Shown: piece by piece, positions 17,662 through 27,273 of the stretch
Layout: every line of letters starts with the position of its first letter
How positions within the stretch are numbered: the stretch's first letter is position 1
Notes under the pieces: model-generated
Seen by the model: the letters and a program-made list of their open reading frames with translations, nothing else
What the model was told of the DNA's origin: nothing
Database searches by the model: none
Origin: a virus
IMG/VR virus record: IMGVR_UViG_3300025009_001990
Span: 4,211 to 68,210 of that record
Reading direction: 5' to 3' (one strand)
DNA: 64,000 nt
Position numbers and translations under genes: made by a program

Positions 17662-17782
17662 CCTTTAAAATTAGAAAAAAGATAGAGAGATGAGATAATC
17701 TACTCGTAAGAAAAAAGAATCGCAGGAATCGTAGATTTGAAAGAAAGAAATCGATTTTAGAACTTAGTTTAAGGAGAAGAAA

Positions 17783-18064
17783 ATGCCAGACCCTTTTAAT
17801 ACTCCAGATCAGACATTTGTTAGAGAAAACATTCCTGTTTTTGCCGTTAGAAGAATCGTAAATATAACAGCAGGAGATATATGGACCCCTGATTCTACTG
17901 ATATAGTATTTTATTCAGATACCGATACTACATATACATTAGACAGTATTCCCGATTCTGGATCGGCATACGTTGGATTATCAAAATATTTTACTATGGG
18001 AATTTTTCCAGGAAATATTTTCACTTTTTCAACAAATGTGACTTTAGCAGTAATGGAGAAGTGA
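17783..18064 (+). CDS. Hypothetical protein, possibly a small virion protein
   Basis: AAGGAG RBS; beta-rich, 93 aa. Confidence 0.65.
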   Translation: MPDPFNTPDQTFVRENIPVFAVRRIVNITAGDIWTPDSTDIVFYSDTDTTYTLDSIPDSGSAYVGLSKYFTMGIFPGNIFTFSTNVTLAVMEK

Positions 18065-18066
18065 AC

Positions 18067-18204
18067 ATGCAATTAGATTTGGGGTTATCAATGGGGTCTG
18101 TATTAAGATTGGGACCAGTTGTCGAAGTAGACGAAATTGGTTATGAAGATGAGAATGGGGCGATATATATTGATGAAAATGGAGCTACTTATGAAGAAAT
18201 TTAA
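18067..18204 (+). CDS. 45-aa acidic peptide (MQLDLGLSMG..YEDENGAIYIDENGATYEEI)
   Basis: Translated by hand; fills the gap between genes and has a GGAG RBS. Confidence 0.55.
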   Translation: MQLDLGLSMGSVLRLGPVVEVDEIGYEDENGAIYIDENGATYEEI

Positions 18205-19402
18205 TATATTTATTTTTTTAATTTTGATATTACTTCCAATATCGGCATTATCAGCAACAACGTTCAGGTTGAATACAAAAGACGCCAAAACAACTTTAGT
18301 TAATGCTGATATTTTCTTTATTGAGGATTCAGCATCAGCTTGGGCAACTAAAAAAACTTCAGGTGCAAATATCAAAACGTTCCTTAGTGGAACGTTTGCT
18401 GCTACTCTTGGGACAGATGACAACTATGTAACCGACGCTGAAAAAACTGTCATCGGAAACACTTCAGGCACGAATACCGGGGACGTTCCAGCAGTCGCCA
18501 CAGTCCGTACCACAGCGGGCGGCGGCAGCACTACGGCACCACCGACCGAGGCGGCTGTTGGTGATGGGTTGGCTGGGAAACAGGCAACTCTTGTTTCCGG
18601 AACGAATATTAAAACAATCAATTCAACCTCGCTCCTTGGTTCAGGTGATATTGTTGTCAGTGGGGCCGGAGATGTAGTCGGTCCGGCATCGGCAACCGAT
18701 ACAGCCATAGTTCTGTACGATGGAACAACCGGCAAATTGATTAAAAACTCAATATGTACCATATCGGCAACAGGTCATATCTCGTGTGCTGTTACCGATG
18801 GCAACGCCTACTCAGTCTTACCGAACAACACGAGCATTGCACCGCTCGGAGATGGCTCGGAGGAAATTTATAACGAAGGCGGGCAGATCAAAGTTGTTGA
18901 GGCAGATACCGAGTATGACTTGCTGCATTCCGGAGACATCGACGACACCCCAAGCGACGGAAACACGACTCAACCAGCGTCAAGCAATTCTGTTGCCGAT
19001 CTCAACACGGCACTACGGGCCAAATACGTCTCTGGCACCGAAGCAGATTTCTATGGGACCATCCTTGATCCGCAAGCGGTCTATGCAGTTGATGGCACCA
19101 ATCACGCTATCACGTTGATAAACAATGTTCCAGCGGCATTCACCATTACCGAGATATCAATATCCTGCGATGCCGACCCGACGACCGAATTAACTATGAC
19201 TTTTCAGCATAAGACAGCTGGCGTCGGGTACGGATCGCCGACGACAATCGAGGCGGTGGTTACAGACGGCGGGACGGTAACCTTCACAACTGGATTCGAT
19301 GATGCGACCATTCCAGCAGGGACGAAAGTATTTGCAACTTTGTCCGATCCAGACGATGCACTCAACGAATGTGCTTGGCAAATAGAGGGGGATTGGGATT
19401 GA
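18191..19402 (+). CDS. Fibre-like protein with an N-terminal signal peptide
   Basis: MKKFNIFIFLILILLPISALSA leader; phage-fibre-type segments KQATLVSGTNIKTINSTSLLGSGDI and GDVVGPASATDTAIVLYDGTTGKLIK. Confidence 0.7.
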   Translation: MKKFNIFIFLILILLPISALSATTFRLNTKDAKTTLVNADIFFIEDSASAWATKKTSGANIKTFLSGTFAATLGTDDNYVTDAEKTVIGNTSGTNTGDVPAVATVRTTAGGGSTTAPPTEAAVGDGLAGKQATLVSGTNIKTINSTSLLGSGDIVVSGAGDVVGPASATDTAIVLYDGTTGKLIKNSICTISATGHISCAVTDGNAYSVLPNNTSIAPLGDGSEEIYNEGGQIKVVEADTEYDLLHSGDIDDTPSDGNTTQPASSNSVADLNTALRAKYVSGTEADFYGTILDPQAVYAVDGTNHAITLINNVPAAFTITEISISCDADPTTELTMTFQHKTAGVGYGSPTTIEAVVTDGGTVTFTTGFDDATIPAGTKVFATLSDPDDALNECAWQIEGDWD

Positions 19403-20022
19403 TGAAAAAATTATCTCTTATATTGCTGGCCCTACTGCTTGCCGAGGGTCAGGCGCTTGCTGGCTCACATAGCGTCTCGATTGCCACGGCAATCCCTGCT
19501 GGCGGCGGTGGCGCATGCCAGGAAACCCCAGAATACTCCGTGCCATATTCGACCGCAGCACCACTAAACAGCACATCGTATTACTACGGAATGGGTTACT
19601 ACGATACTACCGCAACTCGGTCTATATGTAGGATTGATTTGTGGGTACAGTCGATAACAGGCGATCCAGGATCGTTGACATTAACTATTTACAACCTCAA
19701 TCAATCAACATATGCGATAGACGGTGCTGCGATTGCAACCTCAAATACCGTCGACCAGGGGAGCATAACGGCTGGAACATATGTCACATTTACATTCGAT
19801 CCGCCGGTTGAACTGACTCAATCTGTAGCATATGGTATCCAGCATCGATTTAGCGGCGGGCCGAGTGCCACAAATTACTATTCAGCCGGATATAAGTCAG
19901 ATTCCCCAACTGATGAGTTTGTTCCAGATGGGTGGGCGATTAAGTGGTTGACCGGCGGGGGATTATCTGGTAGTTGGGACACATCCGCCAACAAATCAGC
20001 AAGATGGTATTACTATGAATAA
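19402..20022 (+). CDS. Exported-type beta-sandwich protein
   Basis: MKKLSLILLALLLAEGQALA signal peptide; TGATG coupling to the previous gene. Confidence 0.7.
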   Translation: MKKLSLILLALLLAEGQALAGSHSVSIATAIPAGGGGACQETPEYSVPYSTAAPLNSTSYYYGMGYYDTTATRSICRIDLWVQSITGDPGSLTLTIYNLNQSTYAIDGAAIATSNTVDQGSITAGTYVTFTFDPPVELTQSVAYGIQHRFSGGPSATNYYSAGYKSDSPTDEFVPDGWAIKWLTGGGLSGSWDTSANKSARWYYYE

Positions 20023-21622
20023 ATTCGTAATAATTATAGTTTTATTTGCAACAAACGCCTTTTGCGCCAGTAATTATTATACTGGAACAGACATCATTGA
20101 TCCGTCCCCATCAGCTCTATCGGTAGGCGACACCTATACCGATACGACAACCGGGGCAACAGTTGAACGACGAACACTGAACACAACTCTGTTGCCAGAA
20201 CAGCCGAGCAGTTCAATGATCGTCTATAGCCGATTTTCAGCGCTTAATTCAAACGGCACTTATTTTGTGGTTCACGGAGTAGATTCCACGAGCGCGTGGA
20301 TTGTCAGAGAGTCTGATAATGTTGTGCTGCATAAGGTTAATCCTGGCTCGGGAGTCGGCGCTGCAAATGATGAAATCGGGGAAGCACATGAAATCAGGTG
20401 GGACAATAGCGGCAGTTATCCAAACAGAATTTATTTCGTATACGGGATGAAATTTTGGATGATGGACGTTATAGACGGAAATGATACATCAACTCTGGTG
20501 CATGACTTTTCGACTGAATATCCGGCAGGGGTAAAAATCCTCAATGATGTTGAGGGTGATAGTTCCGCCGATTCTCGTTACTGGGCCTGGCAGGTACTCG
20601 GAGAATATACCACTACAACTGTTATCCCATCGCAGCACTACAAACGCATTGCAATCATTACCTATGACAAAACGACCGACACCGTACTCGGAGATATTTT
20701 GCCTGGTGATGTTACCCCGACAGCCAATGAGGCGGGTTGGGCGGCAGAGTTGCCGATCCCAAATATGGTAGAGATTTCTCCAAACGGCGACAGGTTAATG
20801 ACCAACTATAGCCGATGCTATACCGGCTCTCCGACTCAGGATTTTTGCAGTACTGAACTGGACGGTGCGTGGGTTTGGAACCTTGATATATCCTCGCAAA
20901 TAAAGGTCGGTATAACTGAAACCCACAGTGGTTGGGGTTTCAAAAACGGTAAGCAGTTATTTGTCCACCATATGAACCGGCCACAGGGTAGCGTCGAAGA
21001 CACGCTACAGGCATGCTACACAGACGGTACGGGAGGCGCATATCCCGATAACTGCTTTAATATCATGAAATTTGCTGACCATAATTACCTTGGGCAACAC
21101 CTCACAAGGATGCCAAGCAGTAAACCTGGCTGGATTATAATGTCCACGTACATGGAGGATTATCCAGCAATCGAGCGGGATACAGCGTACAGTCTGAATG
21201 TTTTCAAATCTCTTAACGGCTACCAATACAAGGCCACAGTCGGAGGAACGACAGCATCTTCTACGCCTACTTTCCCAACTACAACCGGAGCCACCGTAGC
21301 CGATGGTACAGTAACGTGGACATGCCGAGGGAGGACATACCTTAACAACCAGGTACTCGGCATAGAGTTGAAGGATTATACAGATAATCCACGAATCTGG
21401 AGAATATCTCCCACATATAACGACTATCTTTTTACCGATGCCGATAGGTATAGGGATGAGGCCAGTGCTGCCCTGTCCTTCGATGGGGATTCTGTGTATT
21501 GGACGAGCAACTGGAATGCTCATGACGGCACTGGAGAGGTTTATAGCGTGGACCTTCCGAGTAATTGGACCGCTATTCTTGATGGAGCACAACCCCTCGG
21601 AACAGTCCTATTAGGGCAATGA
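20015..21622 (+). CDS. Exported-type beta-propeller-like protein with an inserted carbohydrate-binding-like module
   Basis: MNKFVIIIVLFATNAFCA leader; blade-like motifs (SADSRYWAW, ISPNGD, LSFDGDSVYWTSNW); insert TAYS..YQYKATVGGTT..PTFPT..TVADGTVTWTC. Confidence 0.65.
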   Translation: MNKFVIIIVLFATNAFCASNYYTGTDIIDPSPSALSVGDTYTDTTTGATVERRTLNTTLLPEQPSSSMIVYSRFSALNSNGTYFVVHGVDSTSAWIVRESDNVVLHKVNPGSGVGAANDEIGEAHEIRWDNSGSYPNRIYFVYGMKFWMMDVIDGNDTSTLVHDFSTEYPAGVKILNDVEGDSSADSRYWAWQVLGEYTTTTVIPSQHYKRIAIITYDKTTDTVLGDILPGDVTPTANEAGWAAELPIPNMVEISPNGDRLMTNYSRCYTGSPTQDFCSTELDGAWVWNLDISSQIKVGITETHSGWGFKNGKQLFVHHMNRPQGSVEDTLQACYTDGTGGAYPDNCFNIMKFADHNYLGQHLTRMPSSKPGWIIMSTYMEDYPAIERDTAYSLNVFKSLNGYQYKATVGGTTASSTPTFPTTTGATVADGTVTWTCRGRTYLNNQVLGIELKDYTDNPRIWRISPTYNDYLFTDADRYRDEASAALSFDGDSVYWTSNWNAHDGTGEVYSVDLPSNWTAILDGAQPLGTVLLGQ

Positions 21623-21623
21623 A

Positions 21624-21815
21624 ATGAAAGAACTAATCTGCTGGGCAATAATACTAATCGGAATCATCGCAAGCGTGATCGCATATCATCGGATTGATCA
21701 GCAGAGAATCAATGCTGACTGTCTGGAAACGCAGGCGCGATATACTGAGTTGGCTAAGAAATATCCCCATGAAGCAAACGCTGCACGATTAGAAACTAAT
21801 ATCATTCAAAACTAA
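21624..21815 (+). CDS. Small membrane-anchored protein
   Basis: N-terminal hydrophobic helix. Confidence 0.55.
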   Translation: MKELICWAIILIGIIASVIAYHRIDQQRINADCLETQARYTELAKKYPHEANAARLETNIIQN

Positions 21816-21846
21816 TATCAACCAAAATGATAAACAAAAAATAATA

Positions 21847-22863
21847 ATGAATCTGCAACAGCAAATAAAAACAATGGGGTTTTACATTGTCGTGAATGCC
21901 ATCGATCCTACACGGACAATAACTGTTCGCCAGCGGTTTGTTGCGTCGATGAAATCTCGTTTTGCTCAATTGATGAATGATATAAAAGAAGCTGTTGTTG
22001 ATCTTGATGTATTGGCACTTACCGATTCAAACAGGTTGATGTTTAATGCCTCTGGACTGTCAGCAAGACAATTTAATTTTCCCCGTTCAGATCAGAAAAT
22101 TGAAGCGTTTATAAAGTGGTTGCAAGGGAAAAATAAGGAATATATTCTGAGTGGTAAACAAACAGGAATTAGGATTGTAAAAGATTCCCTGTTGTCTTCC
22201 CCAACAGAAGCAAGAGACAGCTGGATGAAAACTTATATCGATTCAGCTTATCAGCAAGGAATTCGAAGGGCAAGACAAGAATTGAGGAAAAGTGGAATAA
22301 ATATTGATGATGGACAGTTAGGAGGAGAACCGATTCAAGTTGCTTTCAATTCGATGGTCCATGCGGATAGAGTCGGATTGATATATACCAGAGCATATTC
22401 GTCTCTGAAATCTATTACAACTGAAATGGAATCAGCTGTTTCTGATGTATTGGCTATGGGGATGGCTGATGGAAAACATCCTTTAGAAATAGCGAAACTG
22501 TTGGACAAAACAATAACAGGGCGGGGAGAAAGCCTTGAGATAGTGGATAGGTTAGGAAGAAAAATTGACAGCCAGAGAAGGGCAGAGATATTGGCTAGAA
22601 CAGAAACAATAAGAGCGCATCATTCAGCAAATATCGGCGAATATAAAGCTGCTGGATTGATGGGGATAAAGATTCAGGTGGAATATCTGACTGCTGGAGA
22701 TGATAGGGTGTGTTCTCGTTGTGCCCCATTAAATGGAAAGATATATTCTGTTGATGAAGCTGAAAATTTAATTCCCGTCCATCCTCAATGTCGTTGTGTT
22801 GCATTACCATATATTCCGAAAGATAGAATATTTCCAGATTTTCAAACAGGAGAACAACAATGA
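21847..22863 (+). CDS. Minor head morphogenesis protein (Mu gpF/SPP1 gp7 family)
   Basis: RAEILARTE, TAGDDRVCSRC and IPVHPQCRC motifs. Confidence 0.9.
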   Translation: MNLQQQIKTMGFYIVVNAIDPTRTITVRQRFVASMKSRFAQLMNDIKEAVVDLDVLALTDSNRLMFNASGLSARQFNFPRSDQKIEAFIKWLQGKNKEYILSGKQTGIRIVKDSLLSSPTEARDSWMKTYIDSAYQQGIRRARQELRKSGINIDDGQLGGEPIQVAFNSMVHADRVGLIYTRAYSSLKSITTEMESAVSDVLAMGMADGKHPLEIAKLLDKTITGRGESLEIVDRLGRKIDSQRRAEILARTETIRAHHSANIGEYKAAGLMGIKIQVEYLTAGDDRVCSRCAPLNGKIYSVDEAENLIPVHPQCRCVALPYIPKDRIFPDFQTGEQQ

Positions 22864-24341
22864 AAGAATTGAAGTTGATGTTGAGTAAAGGGGAGGAAAT
22901 AAATGTTGCTTTCCGGGCAAGAAAGCAGGGTGGAGTAGATTACCGGATATACCCTTGCGTACTGCTTGCAGAAGGGGTTCATCATGGTTCTGGATCTGAA
23001 CCTGTATATTACTCTTCTGCTGTAATACAGGCAAGTGTTAATGCATGGAACAATATGCCGGTAACTATTGGTCATCCAGTAAATCAGGTTGGAGAATATA
23101 TCCTTTGCAACAACGATGGAACCATTCGGGCACAGTGGGAAGTGGGGATGGTTCGAAATGCAAAATTTGAGGATAATAAACTCAAAGCCGATCTTTGGAT
23201 AAATGTTTCAAGAGCAAATTCAACAAATCCTCAACTTCTTCCTTTTCTTCAAAATGGTGGGCAATTAGATGTATCCACCGGTTTGTTGGCAATGGAAGAT
23301 GGGGTTGAAGGGACTTGGAACAACGAAACTTTTTCCGCAAGTATTACAGAAATTATTCCGGATCATCTTGCATTACTCCCAAACCAGAAAGGGGCTTGTT
23401 CATGGGACGATGGTTGTGGGGTAAGAACTAATTCCGGAAACGAACAAAAACCAATTCCTGTATATATTCAGAACGAACAGGAAATGGGAATAAAAATGGA
23501 GAAAATCCGGCAATATGTTGATGGGTTAGATGTCAGTGACAATCAACAGGAAAGGTTAACAAAGGTCAATTATCTTCGTGCTGTTTATTCTGATTATTTT
23601 ATTTACAACCAAGTTGATAGACCTTTGAATCAAACAAGTAAATCGGTATTGTTGAAACAGAGTTATAGTTTTGATACATCCGATAATATCGTTCTGAATG
23701 GTGAACCAATAGAAGTGATAGAAGAAATAACGTATCGGCAAAAAGTCGTAACAACAAACAATGAAGAGGAGAACGAAGTTATGAATTGTAATGACGCAAA
23801 AACTGCGGCGCAAAAAACGAAATGCGGAGAAATGATGACAAATGCTCTCATCGAAAATGAGAAAACAGCATTTGTGGAGGCTGATCGTGAATGGCTTCTT
23901 TCGATGAACAATCAACAACTGGAGAAATTGGTTGCTAATATGGGACCTGAAGAAAAGGAGAAAAAAGAAACGGTGAAGACAAATACCGAAATCAAAACCG
24001 AAACTATTCAAAAAACACCGGCAGAAATTCTCAATCAGTTTCTTGCTGATGCTCCTGCTCCTATCCGTTCCGTGCTCAACGCTGGAATGAGAGAATTGGA
24101 TCGAAAACGTGGTGAAATGATTGGTCAGATCAAAGCAAACGAGCGGAATAAGTTCAGCGACGATCAACTGAAAGAGATGGAACTGTCTGTACTCGAATCC
24201 ATCGTTTCTTTACTTCCTGTTTCTGCTGCAAATAATTATTCCGGGTTATCACCCGCACAGACTCAAATGTTGAATGCGGACGAAGGGGAAGAACCCTACG
24301 TGCCGGTGACTCTTTCCGAGAGTTTGGGTCAAAAGAAGTAA
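22860..24341 (+). CDS. Prohead protease/scaffold (DUF2213-like)
   Basis: PVTIGHP, VSTG and DHLALLP..GACS..DGCG motifs with a helical C-terminal scaffold. Confidence 0.8.
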   Translation: MKELKLMLSKGEEINVAFRARKQGGVDYRIYPCVLLAEGVHHGSGSEPVYYSSAVIQASVNAWNNMPVTIGHPVNQVGEYILCNNDGTIRAQWEVGMVRNAKFEDNKLKADLWINVSRANSTNPQLLPFLQNGGQLDVSTGLLAMEDGVEGTWNNETFSASITEIIPDHLALLPNQKGACSWDDGCGVRTNSGNEQKPIPVYIQNEQEMGIKMEKIRQYVDGLDVSDNQQERLTKVNYLRAVYSDYFIYNQVDRPLNQTSKSVLLKQSYSFDTSDNIVLNGEPIEVIEEITYRQKVVTTNNEEENEVMNCNDAKTAAQKTKCGEMMTNALIENEKTAFVEADREWLLSMNNQQLEKLVANMGPEEKEKKETVKTNTEIKTETIQKTPAEILNQFLADAPAPIRSVLNAGMRELDRKRGEMIGQIKANERNKFSDDQLKEMELSVLESIVSLLPVSAANNYSGLSPAQTQMLNADEGEEPYVPVTLSESLGQKK

Positions 24342-24391
24342 TTGAAGTTTGATTTGAAACAAAAACAACAAACGAAAAAGGAGAAATAAAA

Positions 24392-24877
24392 ATGGCTTCG
24401 ACTACACCGAAAACGATTGTTCTTTCTGGATTGGGAATCAGAAAAGAAGCAATTGCAAATGCAACAATTACTCCGGGTCATCTTATCGAAAAGATGAGTA
24501 CTGGAAAAGTAAGGGTTCACGCAACTGCTGCCGGAAATGCACAAAAAATGTTTGCTGTTGAGGATGACCTCCAGGGTAATACTATCAGTGATGATTATGC
24601 GGCTTCCTCAATTTGCCAATATAACGTTATGGCTCGTGGTGAGGAAGTTCTGGCAATTATCGCAGACGGTCAAACGATTGTTATTGGTGACCCTCTTGAA
24701 TCTGCTGGCGACGGAACTTTGAGAAAACATGTTCCGGATGTTGACGACAACGAATCAGCGGATTCCACTACTATTTATACTGAGTGTATTGTTGGTTGGG
24801 CGATGGAAGCGATTGATTTGAGTGATTCTTCCGGGGCTGATCCTGCGAGTTCGAGAATTGCTGTTGAAATTGCATAA
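24392..24877 (+). CDS. Head decoration/cement protein
   Basis: Between scaffold and MCP; ITPGHLI and IGDPLESAGDG motifs. Confidence 0.75.
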   Translation: MASTTPKTIVLSGLGIRKEAIANATITPGHLIEKMSTGKVRVHATAAGNAQKMFAVEDDLQGNTISDDYAASSICQYNVMARGEEVLAIIADGQTIVIGDPLESAGDGTLRKHVPDVDDNESADSTTIYTECIVGWAMEAIDLSDSSGADPASSRIAVEIA

Positions 24878-24920
24878 GTAAAACAGTTTTGAAATAACAA
24901 AAAATATTTAGGAGGAACAA

Positions 24921-25994
24921 ATGAAGAAAGGAATGGATCAAGCCACTTTGGATTTTATCCAGAATGGAGCGGCTCAAGGGCCGGTTGCTCAAAAGTTGCT
25001 TGCGAGCAAAATGAACATCAATGTGTTGAAGCCCTGGGTTGGCGTTAACGGTAAATCATACATCACCATGCATGTTAATGGAGTAGCAACAGCTATTCCG
25101 ATCATGAATGCTGCAACCCTTCGGAAGGATGAATGGGTTCAGTTGGATTCAGCAGTATTGTTTGCTGCCCAACAGCGCCTGATTGGCGTAAAAGATTTGT
25201 ATGCCAGGAATCTCGTTTTTCGTATTGGTAATGGTCTTGGAACTACTGTTCTCGAATATGAGGATCTGAATGAGTTCACCGCTGCCGAAATGACGATGGA
25301 CGCAATTACCAGAACCAAGAAAGACAGGCCGGAATTCGACCTTAAATATCTGCCCTTGCCGATTGTTCATAAGGATTTTTCTTTCAACATTCGGACTCTG
25401 ACAGCTTCAAGAAATAGCGGTTCGGCAATCGATACCACCTCCGCAGCAATGGCTTCTCGTGTTGTTTCTGAAAAGGTTGAGGACATGCTGTTCAACGGTA
25501 CTTCCAGCTATACCTATGGCGGCGGGACTATTTACGGATATATTGATCATCCGAGTAACAATGATGTCACTCTGGCTTTGGCTTGGGATAATGCAAGTAA
25601 AACCGGCGAATTGATTCTGGACGACGTTCGCGAAATGAAGCAGGCAAGTATTGATGCTATGCATTACGGTCCGTGGGTGCTTTATGTTCCGACCGCATAC
25701 GAGACTGTTCTGGATGACGATTTCAAATCAAATTCAGATAAGACAATCCGGGAACGTATTCTTGGTATTTCTGGAATCATGGAAGTGAAGGTTGCCGACA
25801 AACTCCCGGCAGATACTGTTGTACTTGTTGAGATGAATACCGAGACAGTGCGCATGGTTGAAGGGCTGGCGATGACTACGGTTGAATGGCAGGAAGGTGG
25901 CGGATTCACCACCAACTACAAAGTAATGACAATTATGGTCCCGCAGATTCGGGCTGACCAGAATGGAAATTGCGGAGTAACGGTATTGTCATAA
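24921..25994 (+). CDS. Major capsid protein (HK97 fold, encapsulin/linocin-like family)
   Basis: Position, strong RBS, LRKDEW and LPLPIVHKDF motifs. Confidence 0.85.
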   Translation: MKKGMDQATLDFIQNGAAQGPVAQKLLASKMNINVLKPWVGVNGKSYITMHVNGVATAIPIMNAATLRKDEWVQLDSAVLFAAQQRLIGVKDLYARNLVFRIGNGLGTTVLEYEDLNEFTAAEMTMDAITRTKKDRPEFDLKYLPLPIVHKDFSFNIRTLTASRNSGSAIDTTSAAMASRVVSEKVEDMLFNGTSSYTYGGGTIYGYIDHPSNNDVTLALAWDNASKTGELILDDVREMKQASIDAMHYGPWVLYVPTAYETVLDDDFKSNSDKTIRERILGISGIMEVKVADKLPADTVVLVEMNTETVRMVEGLAMTTVEWQEGGGFTTNYKVMTIMVPQIRADQNGNCGVTVLS

Positions 25995-26020
25995 GCACCT
26001 GCCTAAATCAACAATATATT

Positions 26021-26055
26021 AAAAGAATGGCAGGTGCGAGTTCTGCCATTCTTTT
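26021..26055 (+). terminator. Terminator-like hairpin after MCP, with a competing upstream pairing partner
   Basis: AAAAGAATGGCAG/CTGCCATTCTTTT 13-bp inverted repeat. Confidence 0.65.
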
Positions 26056-26077
26056 CCTAACCAAGAGGGATTTTAAA

Positions 26078-26548
26078 ATGAGTGAAATTTGCAGATTCAG
26101 AAAAAAGCTGAATTCAGGAAGGCATACTTTCTATTACAACAAAAAAAGATTTTCAGTTGTTCCTGGCCAAATAGTTGTATGTACCGATGAAGCACTTGGA
26201 AAGAATATCGGTACATACGACAGGCTTGGAATTATTTCTGAAATAAAAGAATCGGAAAAGATTGTTGGAAATAAACTCCAACTTGTTGCTCTGGATGGAG
26301 GATATTACAATGTTATCAATCCCGATAATCCCGACAAACCTTTAAACAGCAAAGCATTAAGAAAGTCGGCAGCAAATAAGCTTCTTTCTCAATTGTCTGT
26401 TTCAGAAATTGAAATAGATCCTTCTCTTGAAGATTTGAAATGGGATGATCTTCTTGAAATCGTAGGAAAGGAAGGAATACCGCTTCCAGCAACTTGTGAA
26501 ACAGCAGAAGAATTGAAAGAAGTAATCACGAAAGCAAGAAAAAAGTAA
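26078..26548 (+). CDS. Hypothetical post-capsid protein
   Basis: GAGGG RBS before ATG 26078; TAATG coupling to the next gene. Confidence 0.65.
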   Translation: MSEICRFRKKLNSGRHTFYYNKKRFSVVPGQIVVCTDEALGKNIGTYDRLGIISEIKESEKIVGNKLQLVALDGGYYNVINPDNPDKPLNSKALRKSAANKLLSQLSVSEIEIDPSLEDLKWDDLLEIVGKEGIPLPATCETAEELKEVITKARKK

Positions 26549-27210
26549 TGGATACAAGCCTGTGGGAAATACCGGAAATTTGGCCTGATTCAACCGTTTT
26601 TATTATCGGCGGTGGACCAAGTTTGAATCAAATGGATTTGACCCTGATTCATGATAAGCGGGTGATAGGGGTCAATCAGGCCTTTAAATTAGGACCGTGG
26701 GTTGATATTTGTTGGTTTGGAGATAGAACTTGGTATGATGATAAAGCCGGAAAAGAAATATATAAATATGGAGGGTTGATTGTTACTTGTTCAAATCCAG
26801 GGGCAAGAGGAAGAAGCAAACGAGTGAAATATGTTGGAAGAAGCAATCGAGGAATTGATGGGATTGAATCAAAGAGCAGGCAACATGTATGCTGGAATAG
26901 CAACTCAGGGGCGTCAGCTATTAATCTTGCTTATTGGTTAGGAGCAAAAACTGTTGTGCTGCTTGGATTTGATATGCAGATCCCAAACGACTCAAAAGAT
27001 CAAAAGGATCATTGGCACGATGACTATGAAGTAAAGATCGACAAGAGAACAGGAAAACTTTACGATCCTTATAAACGATTTATGAAATATTGGCCGAAAG
27101 TAGCAAAAGATGCAAAGAAACTTGAGTTGAGAATAATTAATGCTACTCCAGGTGGATCTTTAAATTGTTTTGAAAGAATGACGTTGGAAGAAATATGCAA
27201 AACGCTTTAA
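26548..27210 (+). CDS. Maf/DUF115/MptE-like (sialyltransferase-like fold) transferase
   Basis: IIGGGPSL, IGVN, NSGASAINLAYWLGAKTVVLLGFDM and IINAT motifs. Confidence 0.65.
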   Translation: MDTSLWEIPEIWPDSTVFIIGGGPSLNQMDLTLIHDKRVIGVNQAFKLGPWVDICWFGDRTWYDDKAGKEIYKYGGLIVTCSNPGARGRSKRVKYVGRSNRGIDGIESKSRQHVCWNSNSGASAINLAYWLGAKTVVLLGFDMQIPNDSKDQKDHWHDDYEVKIDKRTGKLYDPYKRFMKYWPKVAKDAKKLELRIINATPGGSLNCFERMTLEEICKTL

Positions 27211-27273
27211 TTGATATAGTAGTTTTCTTTATTGTTGTTGGATTGATAACCTTTTTCTTTGGGGCAATATAAT

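Noticed and set aside
24921-25994. Encapsulin/bacteriocin nanocompartment
   Set aside because: It sits in a complete head operon (terminase, portal, protease, decoration), so it is the phage capsid.
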